From the NCBI GenBank assembly GCA_963814875.1, contig CAWFFJ010000018.1, positions 333,611 through 397,610 of the forward strand: a stretch of DNA of 64,000 nucleotides. The letters run 5' to 3'. The DNA comes from an uncultured Acidobacteriota bacterium (lineage in GTDB: Bacteria; Acidobacteriota; Thermoanaerobaculia; Thermoanaerobaculales; Sulfomarinibacteraceae). Shown here piece after piece: positions 45,539 to 55,000 of the stretch. The position numbers and the translations under genes were made by a program. The notes beneath the pieces are model-generated. The model worked only from the letters and a program-made list of their open reading frames with translations, ran no database searches and was not told the DNA's origin. The stretch's first letter is position 1. Each line of letters opens with the position of its first letter.

Positions 45539-47170
45539 ATGGCAAACGGAATCGTCCCGATCCCGAAGCCGGTCAACGAACCGGTCCGCGCCTACGGCCC
45601 GGGTTCGCCCGAGAAGGTCTCGCTCAAGAAGAAGCTCGCCGCAATGCTTGCCGAGGAAATCGAAATTCCCCTGATCATCGGCGGCAAGGAGGTCCGCACC
45701 GGAAAGACCGCAAAGGCGGTCTGCCCGCACGACCACGGCCACGTGCTCGCGACGTACCACAAGGCCGGCGATGCCGAGGTGAAGATGGCGGTCGAGGCCT
45801 CCCAGGCGGCATGGCGCGAGTGGTCGGAGATGGCGTGGGAGGACCGCGCCACCTGCATGCTCAAGGCCGCGGAGCTGCTCGCCGGTCCGTGGCGCGATAC
45901 CCTCAACGCCGCGACCATGCTCAACCAGTCGAAGACCGTGTTCCAGGCCGAGATCGACTCCGCTTGCGAGCTGATCGACTTTTACCGCTTCAACCCCTCC
46001 TACATGAAGTTCATCTATGAGCAGCAGCCGGAGTCGATGCTGGGCCATTGGGACTACGTCGAGTACCGCGCGCTCGAGGGTTTTGTGTTCGCGGTCACGC
46101 CGTTCAACTTCACCTCAATCGCCGGCAACCTGCCGACGGCGCCGGCCCTGATGGGCAACGTGGTGCTGTGGAAGCCCGCCTCGTCCGCGGTCTTCACCGC
46201 ATACCACCTGATGAAGCTCTTCGAGGCCGCCGGCTTCCCGCCCGGCGTGATCAACTTCATCCCCGGATCAGGGGGCGAGGTCGGCAGCCCGGTGATGGCG
46301 TCTCCGCACCTGACAGGCATCCACTTCACCGGCTCGACTCCGGTCTTCCAGGACATGTGGCGGACCATCGGCAGCAACATCGCCGGCTACCGCACCTACC
46401 CCCGCATCGTCGGCGAGACCGGCGGCAAGAACTTCATCTTCGCCCATGCCTCTGCCGACATCGACGCGCTCGCGACCGCGCTGCTGCGTGGCGCCTTCGA
46501 GTACCAGGGCCAGAAGTGCTCCGCCGCGTCGCGGGCGTACATCCCGGCGTCGCTGTGGCCGCGGTTGAAGGACGTCCTCCTCGGTCAGATGGCGGAGATC
46601 AAGGTCGGCCCGCCGACCGACTTCCGGAACTTCTTCAACGCGGTCATCGACAAGGGAGCCTACCGCGACCACGCCGGCTACATCGACCACGCCAAGGCCT
46701 CGTCCGACTGTGAGATCCTCGCCGGCGGGACGTACGACGACTCGGTCGGCTACTTCATCCAGCCGACTGTCGTGCTGACCACCAACCCGCGCCAGAAACT
46801 GATGGAAGAGGAGATCTTCGGCCCCGTCCTCACTCTCCACGTCTACGACGACGCGAAGCTCGACGAGGCTCTCGAACTGTGCGACACCACGAGCCCCTAT
46901 GCCCTCACCGGCGCGATCTTCGCCGAGGACCGCCAGGCCGCCGTGAAGATGGCCGCCCGCCTGCGCCACGCGGCCGGCAACTTCTACCTCAACGACAAGC
47001 CCACCGGCGCGGTCGTCGGCCAGCAGCCGTTCGGCGGCTCGCGGGCCTCGGGCACCAACGACAAGGCCGGCTCGTACCTCAATCTGATCCGCTGGACCTC
47101 GCAGCGCACCGTCAAGGAGAGCTTCGTCCCGCCCAAGCACTTCGCCTACCCGTTCATGGGCGAGGAGTAG
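45539..47170 (+). CDS. pruA: L-glutamate gamma-semialdehyde (1-pyrroline-5-carboxylate) dehydrogenase
   Basis: ALDH fold with VGETGGKNF and catalytic YQGQKCSAASR; N-terminus typical of long P5CDH. CAGGAGG RBS precedes ATG 45539. Confidence 0.9.
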   Translation: MANGIVPIPKPVNEPVRAYGPGSPEKVSLKKKLAAMLAEEIEIPLIIGGKEVRTGKTAKAVCPHDHGHVLATYHKAGDAEVKMAVEASQAAWREWSEMAWEDRATCMLKAAELLAGPWRDTLNAATMLNQSKTVFQAEIDSACELIDFYRFNPSYMKFIYEQQPESMLGHWDYVEYRALEGFVFAVTPFNFTSIAGNLPTAPALMGNVVLWKPASSAVFTAYHLMKLFEAAGFPPGVINFIPGSGGEVGSPVMASPHLTGIHFTGSTPVFQDMWRTIGSNIAGYRTYPRIVGETGGKNFIFAHASADIDALATALLRGAFEYQGQKCSAASRAYIPASLWPRLKDVLLGQMAEIKVGPPTDFRNFFNAVIDKGAYRDHAGYIDHAKASSDCEILAGGTYDDSVGYFIQPTVVLTTNPRQKLMEEEIFGPVLTLHVYDDAKLDEALELCDTTSPYALTGAIFAEDRQAAVKMAARLRHAAGNFYLNDKPTGAVVGQQPFGGSRASGTNDKAGSYLNLIRWTSQRTVKESFVPPKHFAYPFMGEE

Positions 47171-47195
47171 CAGTCGGCTCGATTTTCCGAAACAC

Positions 47196-47224
47196 AACGG
47201 CCGGGGCGTCACGTCCCGGCCGTT
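47196..47224. terminator. hairpin between convergent pruA and the Sel1-repeat gene
   Basis: Perfect 10-bp stem AACGGCCGGG / CCCGGCCGTT with a 9-nt loop, 26 nt after the pruA stop. A weak T-tract (GTGTTTCGG) is present only on the minus strand. Confidence 0.5.
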
Positions 47225-47285
47225 CTCATATGCCTTCCCCGCCCGTTGGCGGACGCGACGCGCCCGACCCCACGACCACGAGGCC

Positions 47286-48689
47286 TCAGGGCTCGGGCAC
47301 CGGGCTCTGGGTCGCCGTCGGCGCCGGCGGGCGTTCCTGCATTCCGATGCCCGCAACCAAGTCGGGGTTCGGCTCCGGTTTCGCGAAGCCACAGGTGGTT
47401 TCGAAGTCGCGCCCCTCCAGCATCGAAAGGGCCATCGGGTGCCCGAGCTTGGCCGCCTTGCAGTACCACTCTTCGGCCTCGGAGAGGTCTTTCGCGACAC
47501 CGAAGCCGTTTGCGAACAGGTTGCCGATCGCATACATCGCGTTGGCGTTGCCGCCGGTCGCCGCGGAGCGATACCACTGCAGGGCGGCCTTCTCGTCCTT
47601 GGCGGTCCCCTGCCCCTCGGAGAGCATGACACCGACGCCGTACTGAGCCTCCGGCAGGCCCTGCTGCGCAGCTTCGAGCATCCAACGGTAGGCGCCCTCG
47701 CGGTCGCGCTCGACGCCGCGCCCGGCTGCCATCATCAGGCCGAGGGCATAGCGGGCTCGCGCGAAACCGGACTCGGCAGCGCTCTGGTACCAGTGCACCG
47801 CGGATGAGGTGTCCTGGTCGATGCCCATCCCGTGCTCGTACAGGTATCCCAAGTCGTACTGAGCCCTCGGGAAGCCCTGCCGCGCGGCCTTGCCGAACCA
47901 GATCGCAGCCACCGCCGGGTCCTTGGTCACCCCCTGACCGGTCGCGTAGGCGGCACCGAGGTCGTACTGCGCCTGGGGGTAGCCCACGTCGGCGGCACGC
48001 CGCACGCGGGCGAGGACGTCCGGGTCTGAGAGCTTTGCTTCGCCGTCGGGACCCATGACGCCGACCCGGTAGATGGCCTCGAGGTTGCCCTGCGCGGCGG
48101 CCTTTGTCAGCCAACCGCGCGCCGTCTCGACGTCGCGCTCGACGCCTCTACCCTCGAGGTAGAGGGTTCCCACCAGCAACTGAGCATCCGGATGACCTGC
48201 CTCCGCGGCCTTGATCAGCCAACCTGCCGCGGCGGTCGGATTGGGATCCACGCCGAGCCCGTCCAGAAGCACGAGACCGTAGGCGAACTCGGCGGGGACG
48301 TGACCCTGGGCGGCCGACTTACCGAACCACTTGGCCGCCTCGGTCGGGTCCCTCTCGACCCCGTTACCGCTCCGCAGAGCGATCCCGAGGTTGTACTGGG
48401 CCTTCGCATGGCCCAGGGAGGCGGCCTTGCGATACCAGTTGACCGCGATCTCGGGGTCGCGAACCACTCCCTGCCCGTTGGCGTACATGTAGCCCACCGC
48501 GAACTGCGACTCGGTATGGCCCTGCTCCGCGAGCGGCCGGAAGGCCGCCATCGCGGTCGCGAAGTCATTGGCCTCGTAAGCAGCGACAGCGCGCTGATAC
48601 TCAGCGTCCCAGCCCTGTGCCGAGGCCAGCCCAGCACCTGCGAGCACCACCACCACGAGTACGACGAGTCGATTGCGACGGACCTTCAT
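47286..48689 (-). CDS. secreted Sel1-like repeat (SLR/TPR-family) protein
   Basis: Signal MKVRRNRLVVLVVVVLAGAGLASA, followed by more than 10 consecutive ~36-aa units of the form A..WY.KAA.QG...AQY.LG.MY..G.GV..D. Confidence 0.85.
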   Translation of the reverse strand: MKVRRNRLVVLVVVVLAGAGLASAQGWDAEYQRAVAAYEANDFATAMAAFRPLAEQGHTESQFAVGYMYANGQGVVRDPEIAVNWYRKAASLGHAKAQYNLGIALRSGNGVERDPTEAAKWFGKSAAQGHVPAEFAYGLVLLDGLGVDPNPTAAAGWLIKAAEAGHPDAQLLVGTLYLEGRGVERDVETARGWLTKAAAQGNLEAIYRVGVMGPDGEAKLSDPDVLARVRRAADVGYPQAQYDLGAAYATGQGVTKDPAVAAIWFGKAARQGFPRAQYDLGYLYEHGMGIDQDTSSAVHWYQSAAESGFARARYALGLMMAAGRGVERDREGAYRWMLEAAQQGLPEAQYGVGVMLSEGQGTAKDEKAALQWYRSAATGGNANAMYAIGNLFANGFGVAKDLSEAEEWYCKAAKLGHPMALSMLEGRDFETTCGFAKPEPNPDLVAGIGMQERPPAPTATQSPVPEP

Positions 48690-48872
48690 GCCACCTCCCG
48701 GCCGTGCGACATTCGGAGCCATTTTACGCCGTCTGCCGGACAGCGAAGCAGGAATCGACCACGGAGCGCGGCGCACCAACGCATCGCAGGCTGGTGCCTT
48801 CCGCCGCATGTTCCGGCACGAACCAGAGAGCGCTGCCATCGAGCGAAGGGGGAATTCTGTGCCCTCGTGGAG

Positions 48873-49433
48873 CTACCCGCCAGAACTCAAGGGGGAACCT
48901 GACCGTCTCCCTTTCCCCGGGATCGAGTCCGGCGCCCTGACCGCACCCGCCGATCCAACCCGGCGCTGGCGCACGTCCGCGATCGCCGAGGTCAGCTCGT
49001 CCGGTTCGAGTGATGCCAGCGCCACCTCCCGCGCACCGGAGCCGAGACGCAGGACAACCTCAGTCGGGCCGTACAGTCGCCGCCACCCCCGAGCCGAACG
49101 GACCTTGACCGCATCGACGAACTCGAGCGGGACGCGGTGCCGGACCGGTCCCGTCCTCCCCTCGATCCACCGCACACCGACGGTCGTCTCGAACGCGCGG
49201 CAGCGCACCAGCCCCAGCAGCACCACCGCAGCGACGCTCGCGAGGACCGCACCCACGATCTCCAGCGCCGACCCGCCGCGGGTCACCATGCACCACACGC
49301 CGACCGCGGCACCGCCCACCGAGCTCGGCCATGCAACCAGTCGTACACCTCCCCGCAGCGGTACACGCTCGAAGTGGTGTGGCAGGTCGACGAGCTCCTG
49401 CTCTCGCCGGCGCGGAATGGCGACAGGTCCCAT
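48873..49433 (-). CDS. hypothetical membrane protein
   Basis: Two hydrophobic segments (AAVGVWCMV, ALEIVGAVLASVAAVVLLGLV). Starts 4 nt after the glgA stop. No family recognised. Confidence 0.45.
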   Translation of the reverse strand: MGPVAIPRRREQELVDLPHHFERVPLRGGVRLVAWPSSVGGAAVGVWCMVTRGGSALEIVGAVLASVAAVVLLGLVRCRAFETTVGVRWIEGRTGPVRHRVPLEFVDAVKVRSARGWRRLYGPTEVVLRLGSGAREVALASLEPDELTSAIADVRQRRVGSAGAVRAPDSIPGKGRRSGSPLSSGG

Positions 49434-49437
49434 CGAG

Positions 49438-50925
49438 TCACCAGGTGTGAGGCGATCGACCCAACCGACGGTCGATAGCCCACTGGTAGAAATCACTGTA
49501 GCGCCGTGCCGACCCCTCCCACGAGAACCGCCGCTGCATCGCCCGCCGCCGCATCGCCTTGAGGTGCTCGCGGCGGTTGAACCAGGTCCACACCGCCCAA
49601 CCGACGGTGTCGTAGATCGCCCGCGGGCTGAGCTGATCGAACAGGAAACCCGTGCCCGCGCCCGTGGCCTCGACGTACTGCTCGACGGTGTCGGCGAGGC
49701 CGCCGGTGCGGCGGACGATCGGAAGCGTGCCGTAGCGCAGCGAGTACATCTGGTTGAGACCGCACGGCTCGTAGGCGCTCGGCATCAGGAAGAAGTCGGA
49801 CCCGGCCTCGATGAGGTGGGCCAGAGCGTCGTCATACCCGATCCGCACCGCCAGGTTCGGGAGCCGGCCCGCAAGCGACGTGAGCTCTGCCTCGCACCAA
49901 GTGTCGCCGCTGCCCAGGATCGCGAACTGCACGGCGAAGTCGGAACACATGCCGTAGAGGCTGCCGTGGCTCGGACCGGCGAGCGCCCCCAATCCCTTCT
50001 GGTCGACCAGTCGCGTCACCATACCGACGAGCGGCACTTTGGGGTCCACCGTCAGGCCGAGCCGACGCTGCACCTCCGCCTTGTTGAGGGTCTTGCCCGA
50101 GAGCTTCCGGTGGTCGAATCGATGCGGGATCTTGGTGTCGCTCTCCGGGTTCCACACCGCGTAGTCGATCCCGTTGAGCACACCGAAGAGGTCGGCGCCG
50201 CGCCGGCGCAGGAGCCCGTCGAGCCCGAAGCCGAAGCTCGGCGTCTGGATCTCGGCGGCGTAGGTCGGGGACACCGTGGTCAGCAGGTCGGCCTTCGACA
50301 GCCCGGCCTTGAGCAGGTTGAGCGTGTCGTGCCACTCGAATCCCGAGGCGTGAAACTGGTCCCAGCCGAGCTGGGTGAACACGATCGTGTCCTTCGGGTA
50401 GATCCCCTGGTAGCCCAGGTTGTGAATGGTCAGCACGCTCGCGGTCGATGCGAACAGGCCTAACCTCTCCCAGGTCTGGAGAAAGACCGGCACCAGGGCC
50501 GTCGGCCAGTCGTGGGCGTGCATGATGTCGGGAATCCACTCCAGCCGCTTCGCGAGCTGGAAGGCGCCCCGAGACAACAGGGTGAACCGCTCAGGGTTGT
50601 CGGGAAAGTCCGGTACCGCCTTGGAACCGTAGATCCCGTCACGTCCGAACAGGCGCTCGTGATCGAGAAAGTAGACCGGCACATCGGAACCCGGCAGGGT
50701 AGAGCGGAAGACACCGCACCACTGCGTCCCGAAGCCGACCGGGACGCCAAGCGGCCCGGGCTCGAGCTCCAGTGCCCCTTTGTCGATGCCGTAGTAGCGC
50801 GGCAGGACGACTCGCACGTCGTGACCGTGTCGCGCGAGCTCGACCGACAGGGCGGAGACCATGTCGCCGAGACCGCCGGCCTTGGCAAACGGCACGGCCT
50901 CACTGCTCACCATCATGACCTTCAC
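49438..50925 (-). CDS. glgA: glycogen synthase (ADP-glucose type, GT5)
   Basis: MKVMMVSSEAVPFAKAGGLGDMV, HAHDWPTAL, PSAYEPCGLNQMY.LRYGT.PIVR.TGGLADTV. Confidence 0.95.
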   Translation of the reverse strand: MKVMMVSSEAVPFAKAGGLGDMVSALSVELARHGHDVRVVLPRYYGIDKGALELEPGPLGVPVGFGTQWCGVFRSTLPGSDVPVYFLDHERLFGRDGIYGSKAVPDFPDNPERFTLLSRGAFQLAKRLEWIPDIMHAHDWPTALVPVFLQTWERLGLFASTASVLTIHNLGYQGIYPKDTIVFTQLGWDQFHASGFEWHDTLNLLKAGLSKADLLTTVSPTYAAEIQTPSFGFGLDGLLRRRGADLFGVLNGIDYAVWNPESDTKIPHRFDHRKLSGKTLNKAEVQRRLGLTVDPKVPLVGMVTRLVDQKGLGALAGPSHGSLYGMCSDFAVQFAILGSGDTWCEAELTSLAGRLPNLAVRIGYDDALAHLIEAGSDFFLMPSAYEPCGLNQMYSLRYGTLPIVRRTGGLADTVEQYVEATGAGTGFLFDQLSPRAIYDTVGWAVWTWFNRREHLKAMRRRAMQRRFSWEGSARRYSDFYQWAIDRRLGRSPHTW

Positions 50926-51111
50926 CAGAACCTCCGTCAGTCATTACAACACGGCGGTGACGGCCCGCTTTCCAAGGCGCTGGAGATCGGCCGTGGAAAC
51001 TGACCGCGGGCATCGCCACCCATCATCCGGCGCCGCTCCGCCTCAACGCCCGGGGGCCCGCGGCCGTACAATTGAGTAGAGCCGCTTCGGGCGGTCCGAT
51101 GGAGGTATTTC

Positions 51112-51978
51112 ATGCGCTCATACATGGCCGTTGCTGCCGCGCTCCTGCTCGCGAGCACAGCCCTCGCTCAGCCCACACCCACCCCGGCCGCTGTCCGCGG
51201 CGCCGCCGGCCGTGTCGGGCCGGCTCCTTCGCCCGGATCCGCCGAGCAGCCCAAGACGGACCAGCCGCCCGCAGCTGGCCAGCCAGCGCCCGAGAAGTGC
51301 GAGAGCGCTGCGCAGAAGGCGATCCGCTTCGCCGTCGGGTGGGACGCAGAAAAGGCGAAGGCAACCCTCGAGTCCGTCCCCGCAGACACCAGGTCCGGCG
51401 CCGACTTCAGAGTCGCGAGCGCGCTCGAGCCGATGGCTGAGGGCAAGCTCGACACGGCCCTTGCCGCTGTGGGCAAGGCCGCCACGGACTTCCCGACAGA
51501 ACCGGCGCCGGAGTACTACCGCGGCGAGATGCTGTACTGGAAGGGCAACCTCCAGGGCGCCGAGGCGGCGTGGAAGACCGCCGTTTCCAGGGCCCAGGCC
51601 GAGCTGGCCAAGAACCCGAAGAACGGCTGGGCGTCCTACTACCTCGGCACGGCGAAGCTGCAGCTGCGCCAGTTCGGCCCCGCGAAGGAAGCGCTCAACG
51701 CTGCGCTCGCCAACGGCGCCTCCCAACCGCTGGTCAGGTACCAGCTCGGCCTGCTCGCGGCCGGGGAGCAGCGGTGGCAGGATTCGGTCGACGAGTTCAC
51801 CGCCGCGCTGACCGAGGACTCGGGTCTGGCCTATGCCTACTATTACCGGGGACTCGCATGGTCGAAGCTGAAGCGGACCGATCTGTTGCTGCTCGACATG
51901 GACCGCTTCCTGACGCTGGCGCCGGAATCGCCGGACGCCGTCAAGGCGCGCTCCGTGCTCCAGTCCTCGAAGCGGTAG
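51112..51978 (+). CDS. secreted tetratricopeptide-repeat protein
   Basis: Signal MRSYMAVAAALLLASTALA, Pro/Ala-rich linker, TPR units (YYRGEMLYWKGNLQGAEAAWKTAV, YYLGTAKLQLRQFGPAKEALNAAL, YYYRGLAWSKLKR). Confidence 0.75.
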   Translation: MRSYMAVAAALLLASTALAQPTPTPAAVRGAAGRVGPAPSPGSAEQPKTDQPPAAGQPAPEKCESAAQKAIRFAVGWDAEKAKATLESVPADTRSGADFRVASALEPMAEGKLDTALAAVGKAATDFPTEPAPEYYRGEMLYWKGNLQGAEAAWKTAVSRAQAELAKNPKNGWASYYLGTAKLQLRQFGPAKEALNAALANGASQPLVRYQLGLLAAGEQRWQDSVDEFTAALTEDSGLAYAYYYRGLAWSKLKRTDLLLLDMDRFLTLAPESPDAVKARSVLQSSKR

Positions 51979-51983
51979 CCCAA

Positions 51984-52012
51984 ACAAATCCCTCGCAAAG
52001 CGAGGGATTTGT
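51984..52012. terminator. perfect 13-bp hairpin between convergent genes (bidirectional terminator candidate)
   Basis: ACAAATCCCTCGC-AAA-GCGAGGGATTTGT. It lies 6 nt after the TPR gene stop and abuts the stop codon (52013-52015) of the giant minus-strand gene. Confidence 0.6.
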
Positions 52013-55000
52013 CTAAAAGGGCCTGCCAAAGCCGATATAGAACTTCGGCCCGGAGTTAAGGCCGGGGTTGGCAACCGGCCACGCAATATCTCCCCAGATC
52101 GGCCCGATCGGCGTCGCCCAGCGGAAGCCGAACCCGGCGCCGACCGCCAGGGGCTCCTCCCGTCGGTTCCAGCTCTCCCACGCCTGGCCGGCATCGACGA
52201 AGACCGCAAGCCGCAACCCGCCCCACACCCGAACCCGCAGCTCCTCGTTGAGAATCAGGAGCGCGCCCCCGCCAACCACGTCCGGTATTCCAACGTAGTC
52301 GACGGTGTGTCCGACCGACTCGAACTCGAAGCCCCGGATCGTGCCCTGGCCCCCGGTCTTGAACTTGAGCACCGGATCCAGCTCTCCCGTGAGGGCCACC
52401 GCCACGCCGAGCCGCAGCGACTGGTAGAGGGTGATGTCCCGCCCCGGCGACCATGCCAGGGTGCCGGTGAGGAACGAGCGGGCGGTGTCGAGGTCCGAGC
52501 CCAGCGCCTGCGGGCTCCAGCCGAGGTCGGCAGAGACGTAGTTGCCCCTGCTCGGCAGGAACGGGTTGTCGAGCCGGTCACGATAGAACTGCACTCCGAC
52601 GGTCCCGATATCGGTCGTCGTGTCGTAGGGGAAGATATCCGTTGAGTCGACGTCGTAGTTGTGCACGCGGCTGAAGGTGTAGTACACCCGCTCGACGGCC
52701 CCGACGTTGATCTGCCGGTTCATCTCGAGGGTCGCTTCCCGGGTTTCTCTCCGGTTGACCCAGATCGGGCCCGGCGTGTCGAGCGTGTTGAAATGGACCG
52801 AGCCGGAGACGGTGATGGTGTTGCCCGGCAGCGGAGGCAGGGACAGCAGCACCAGCCCGTCCTGCTCGTCCGAGGCTTTGCGGCCGCGCAGGTTGAGGCT
52901 GAACCCCCTGCCCAACAGGTTGTCGTCACGCAGGTCGAGCACCGCCTCGGTGCCGCGGTCGGAGGTCCACCTCGCGCCGCCGCCGGCGGTCCAGCGGTCC
53001 TTCTCGAAGACTTCGACCTCCACATTCGCGGCATCCGGTCCGGTCGGAATGGAACGAACCTCTACCCGCTGGATCGGCCGGAAGCCTGCGAGGTTCTCAA
53101 TCGTCTGGTCGACCCCGGACGGCGACAGCGGCTGTCCGGGTCGGATCTCGACCCCGTGGCGTACCACGCTTTCCTTGAGGTGCCTGAGGCCACTGATGTC
53201 GACCGACTCGACCATGCGCAGCGGGCCGGGCTCCAGCCGGACCACGACGGTCGGCGCCCTCGACTGATCCGCCCGCTCCACGTCGACCCGAACCGTCGCC
53301 TCGACGTACCCGGCCTCGCGATAGGTCCGACGCATCCGCCGGGCGACGTCATCGAGGCGACGTCGGGAAACCGGGGAACCCGGCGCCAGGTTCTCGCCCT
53401 CCCTCGGAAGGGCACCGAGCGGATCTGTGCCATCCAGCCTCACCGACGCCACCTCGAGGCGAGTGCCGGGATCGACCTCGACAACCACCTCGGCGATGCC
53501 CTTCTCGATCGGCTCCCGCCGGATCGAGACGACCTTCGCGTCGGGATATCCTTCGCGGTCGAGCAGCCTCTCGACGCGGGCCTTCATCGCCGGGACGGCA
53601 TCCTCGAGTGAGGCAAGCTCGGCGGGACTGCCGAGGATCGACGACACGAAGTCCGCCGCTCCGGGAGGCAGCCCGACCACCCGCGGACCGGTCAGCTTCA
53701 GCTTCGGGCCCTCGTCGACCTGCACGACGACCAGATCGCCATCCCGAAGGATATCGATCCGCGCATCGGGATGCTCCGTCGCCGCCAGCCTCCGCTCCAG
53801 GTCACCCTTCATGGTCTGAAGAGCGGTCTTCTCAAGGGGCGGTGGGAGGTAGAGGGCTTCGACCTCGCGGCGCCACGCCGTCTTGACCTTGTCACCCCGG
53901 AACTCGAAGGCCTGGCGCGGGCCTGGCTCCGCGCGGAAGGTCAGCGTACGACGGCGCTCGTCCGTCGATGCCTCACCCTCGACGACCGCCTCGTAGTAGC
54001 CCTCCTCGGCCAGCGCCCGCTCGAGCCTCAACTCACCGACGAAGACCAGGAACGGGTCGAACGGCTGTCCCGGGGTGACTCCGACGGCACGGCGCAGCCG
54101 CCGCTTCGACAGCGGCCACGGGCCCTCGAGATTGACCTTGCGGACGATCGGACCCTCGCCCGCCTCGGGCGACCCGCCCCACGACGCGCGCTCGATCGCC
54201 GCCCAGCCCCACTGCTCGTTGGTCGAGGAGAACCCCTGCAGGGCGAGCCCGGGCAGCTGACGCAGATTCCACAGCTGAAGCAGCGTGGTGGTGTCCTGCG
54301 GCTGGCGCAGGTCGGTGGTGAAGAACAGGGCCAGGTGCCGACCGATGCTCTGGCCGATCGAGAACCGTGTGGCCGGCGGCTTCTCGGTCTCGACCGCGAT
54401 ATCTGCCGGCTCCAGCGCCTCGTTGTTCAGTCCCAGCACCGAGGTCACCCCTTGGGCAAGACCGACCCGCGCAAGATCATCCCAGGTCGCGCCGCCGCCA
54501 CCCGCACCGAACGTCGTCCCCGTTTCGGCCACCAGGTCCACCTGCGGTTCCGCCCCGGGTTCGCCGGTGAGCTCGATCGTCCCCCGCTGCAGCTTCACCG
54601 CCTGGCCGCCGACGGTCAGCACGCCGCCGGGCGCGATGTTGACCTCGCCCACCACCCGGGGCTCGGCCGCGTTCCCCGTGATCGACAGCACCGACCAACC
54701 GAGGTCGAACTTGCCGAGGTTGTTATTGACCTGGATGCCTCCCCGGCCGCGCACGTCAATGTCGAGCAGGATCCCGAACAGTGGGTCGTCCGCAGCCAGC
54801 GGCGCCGTGCCCTCGCCCGCGATCAGGTCCGCGAGGCTGACCGGGGCGTCCCACATACCGCCGTCGAGGACCAGCTCGCCCTCGACCAACGCGAGACCCC
54901 TGCTTGTCGGACCGACCGAAAGGTCGCCGCTCCACCGCGAGATGATCTGCCCGGGCAGGAGAAAGACCACGTCCTTGAGCTCGAAGACGATGCCCTGACC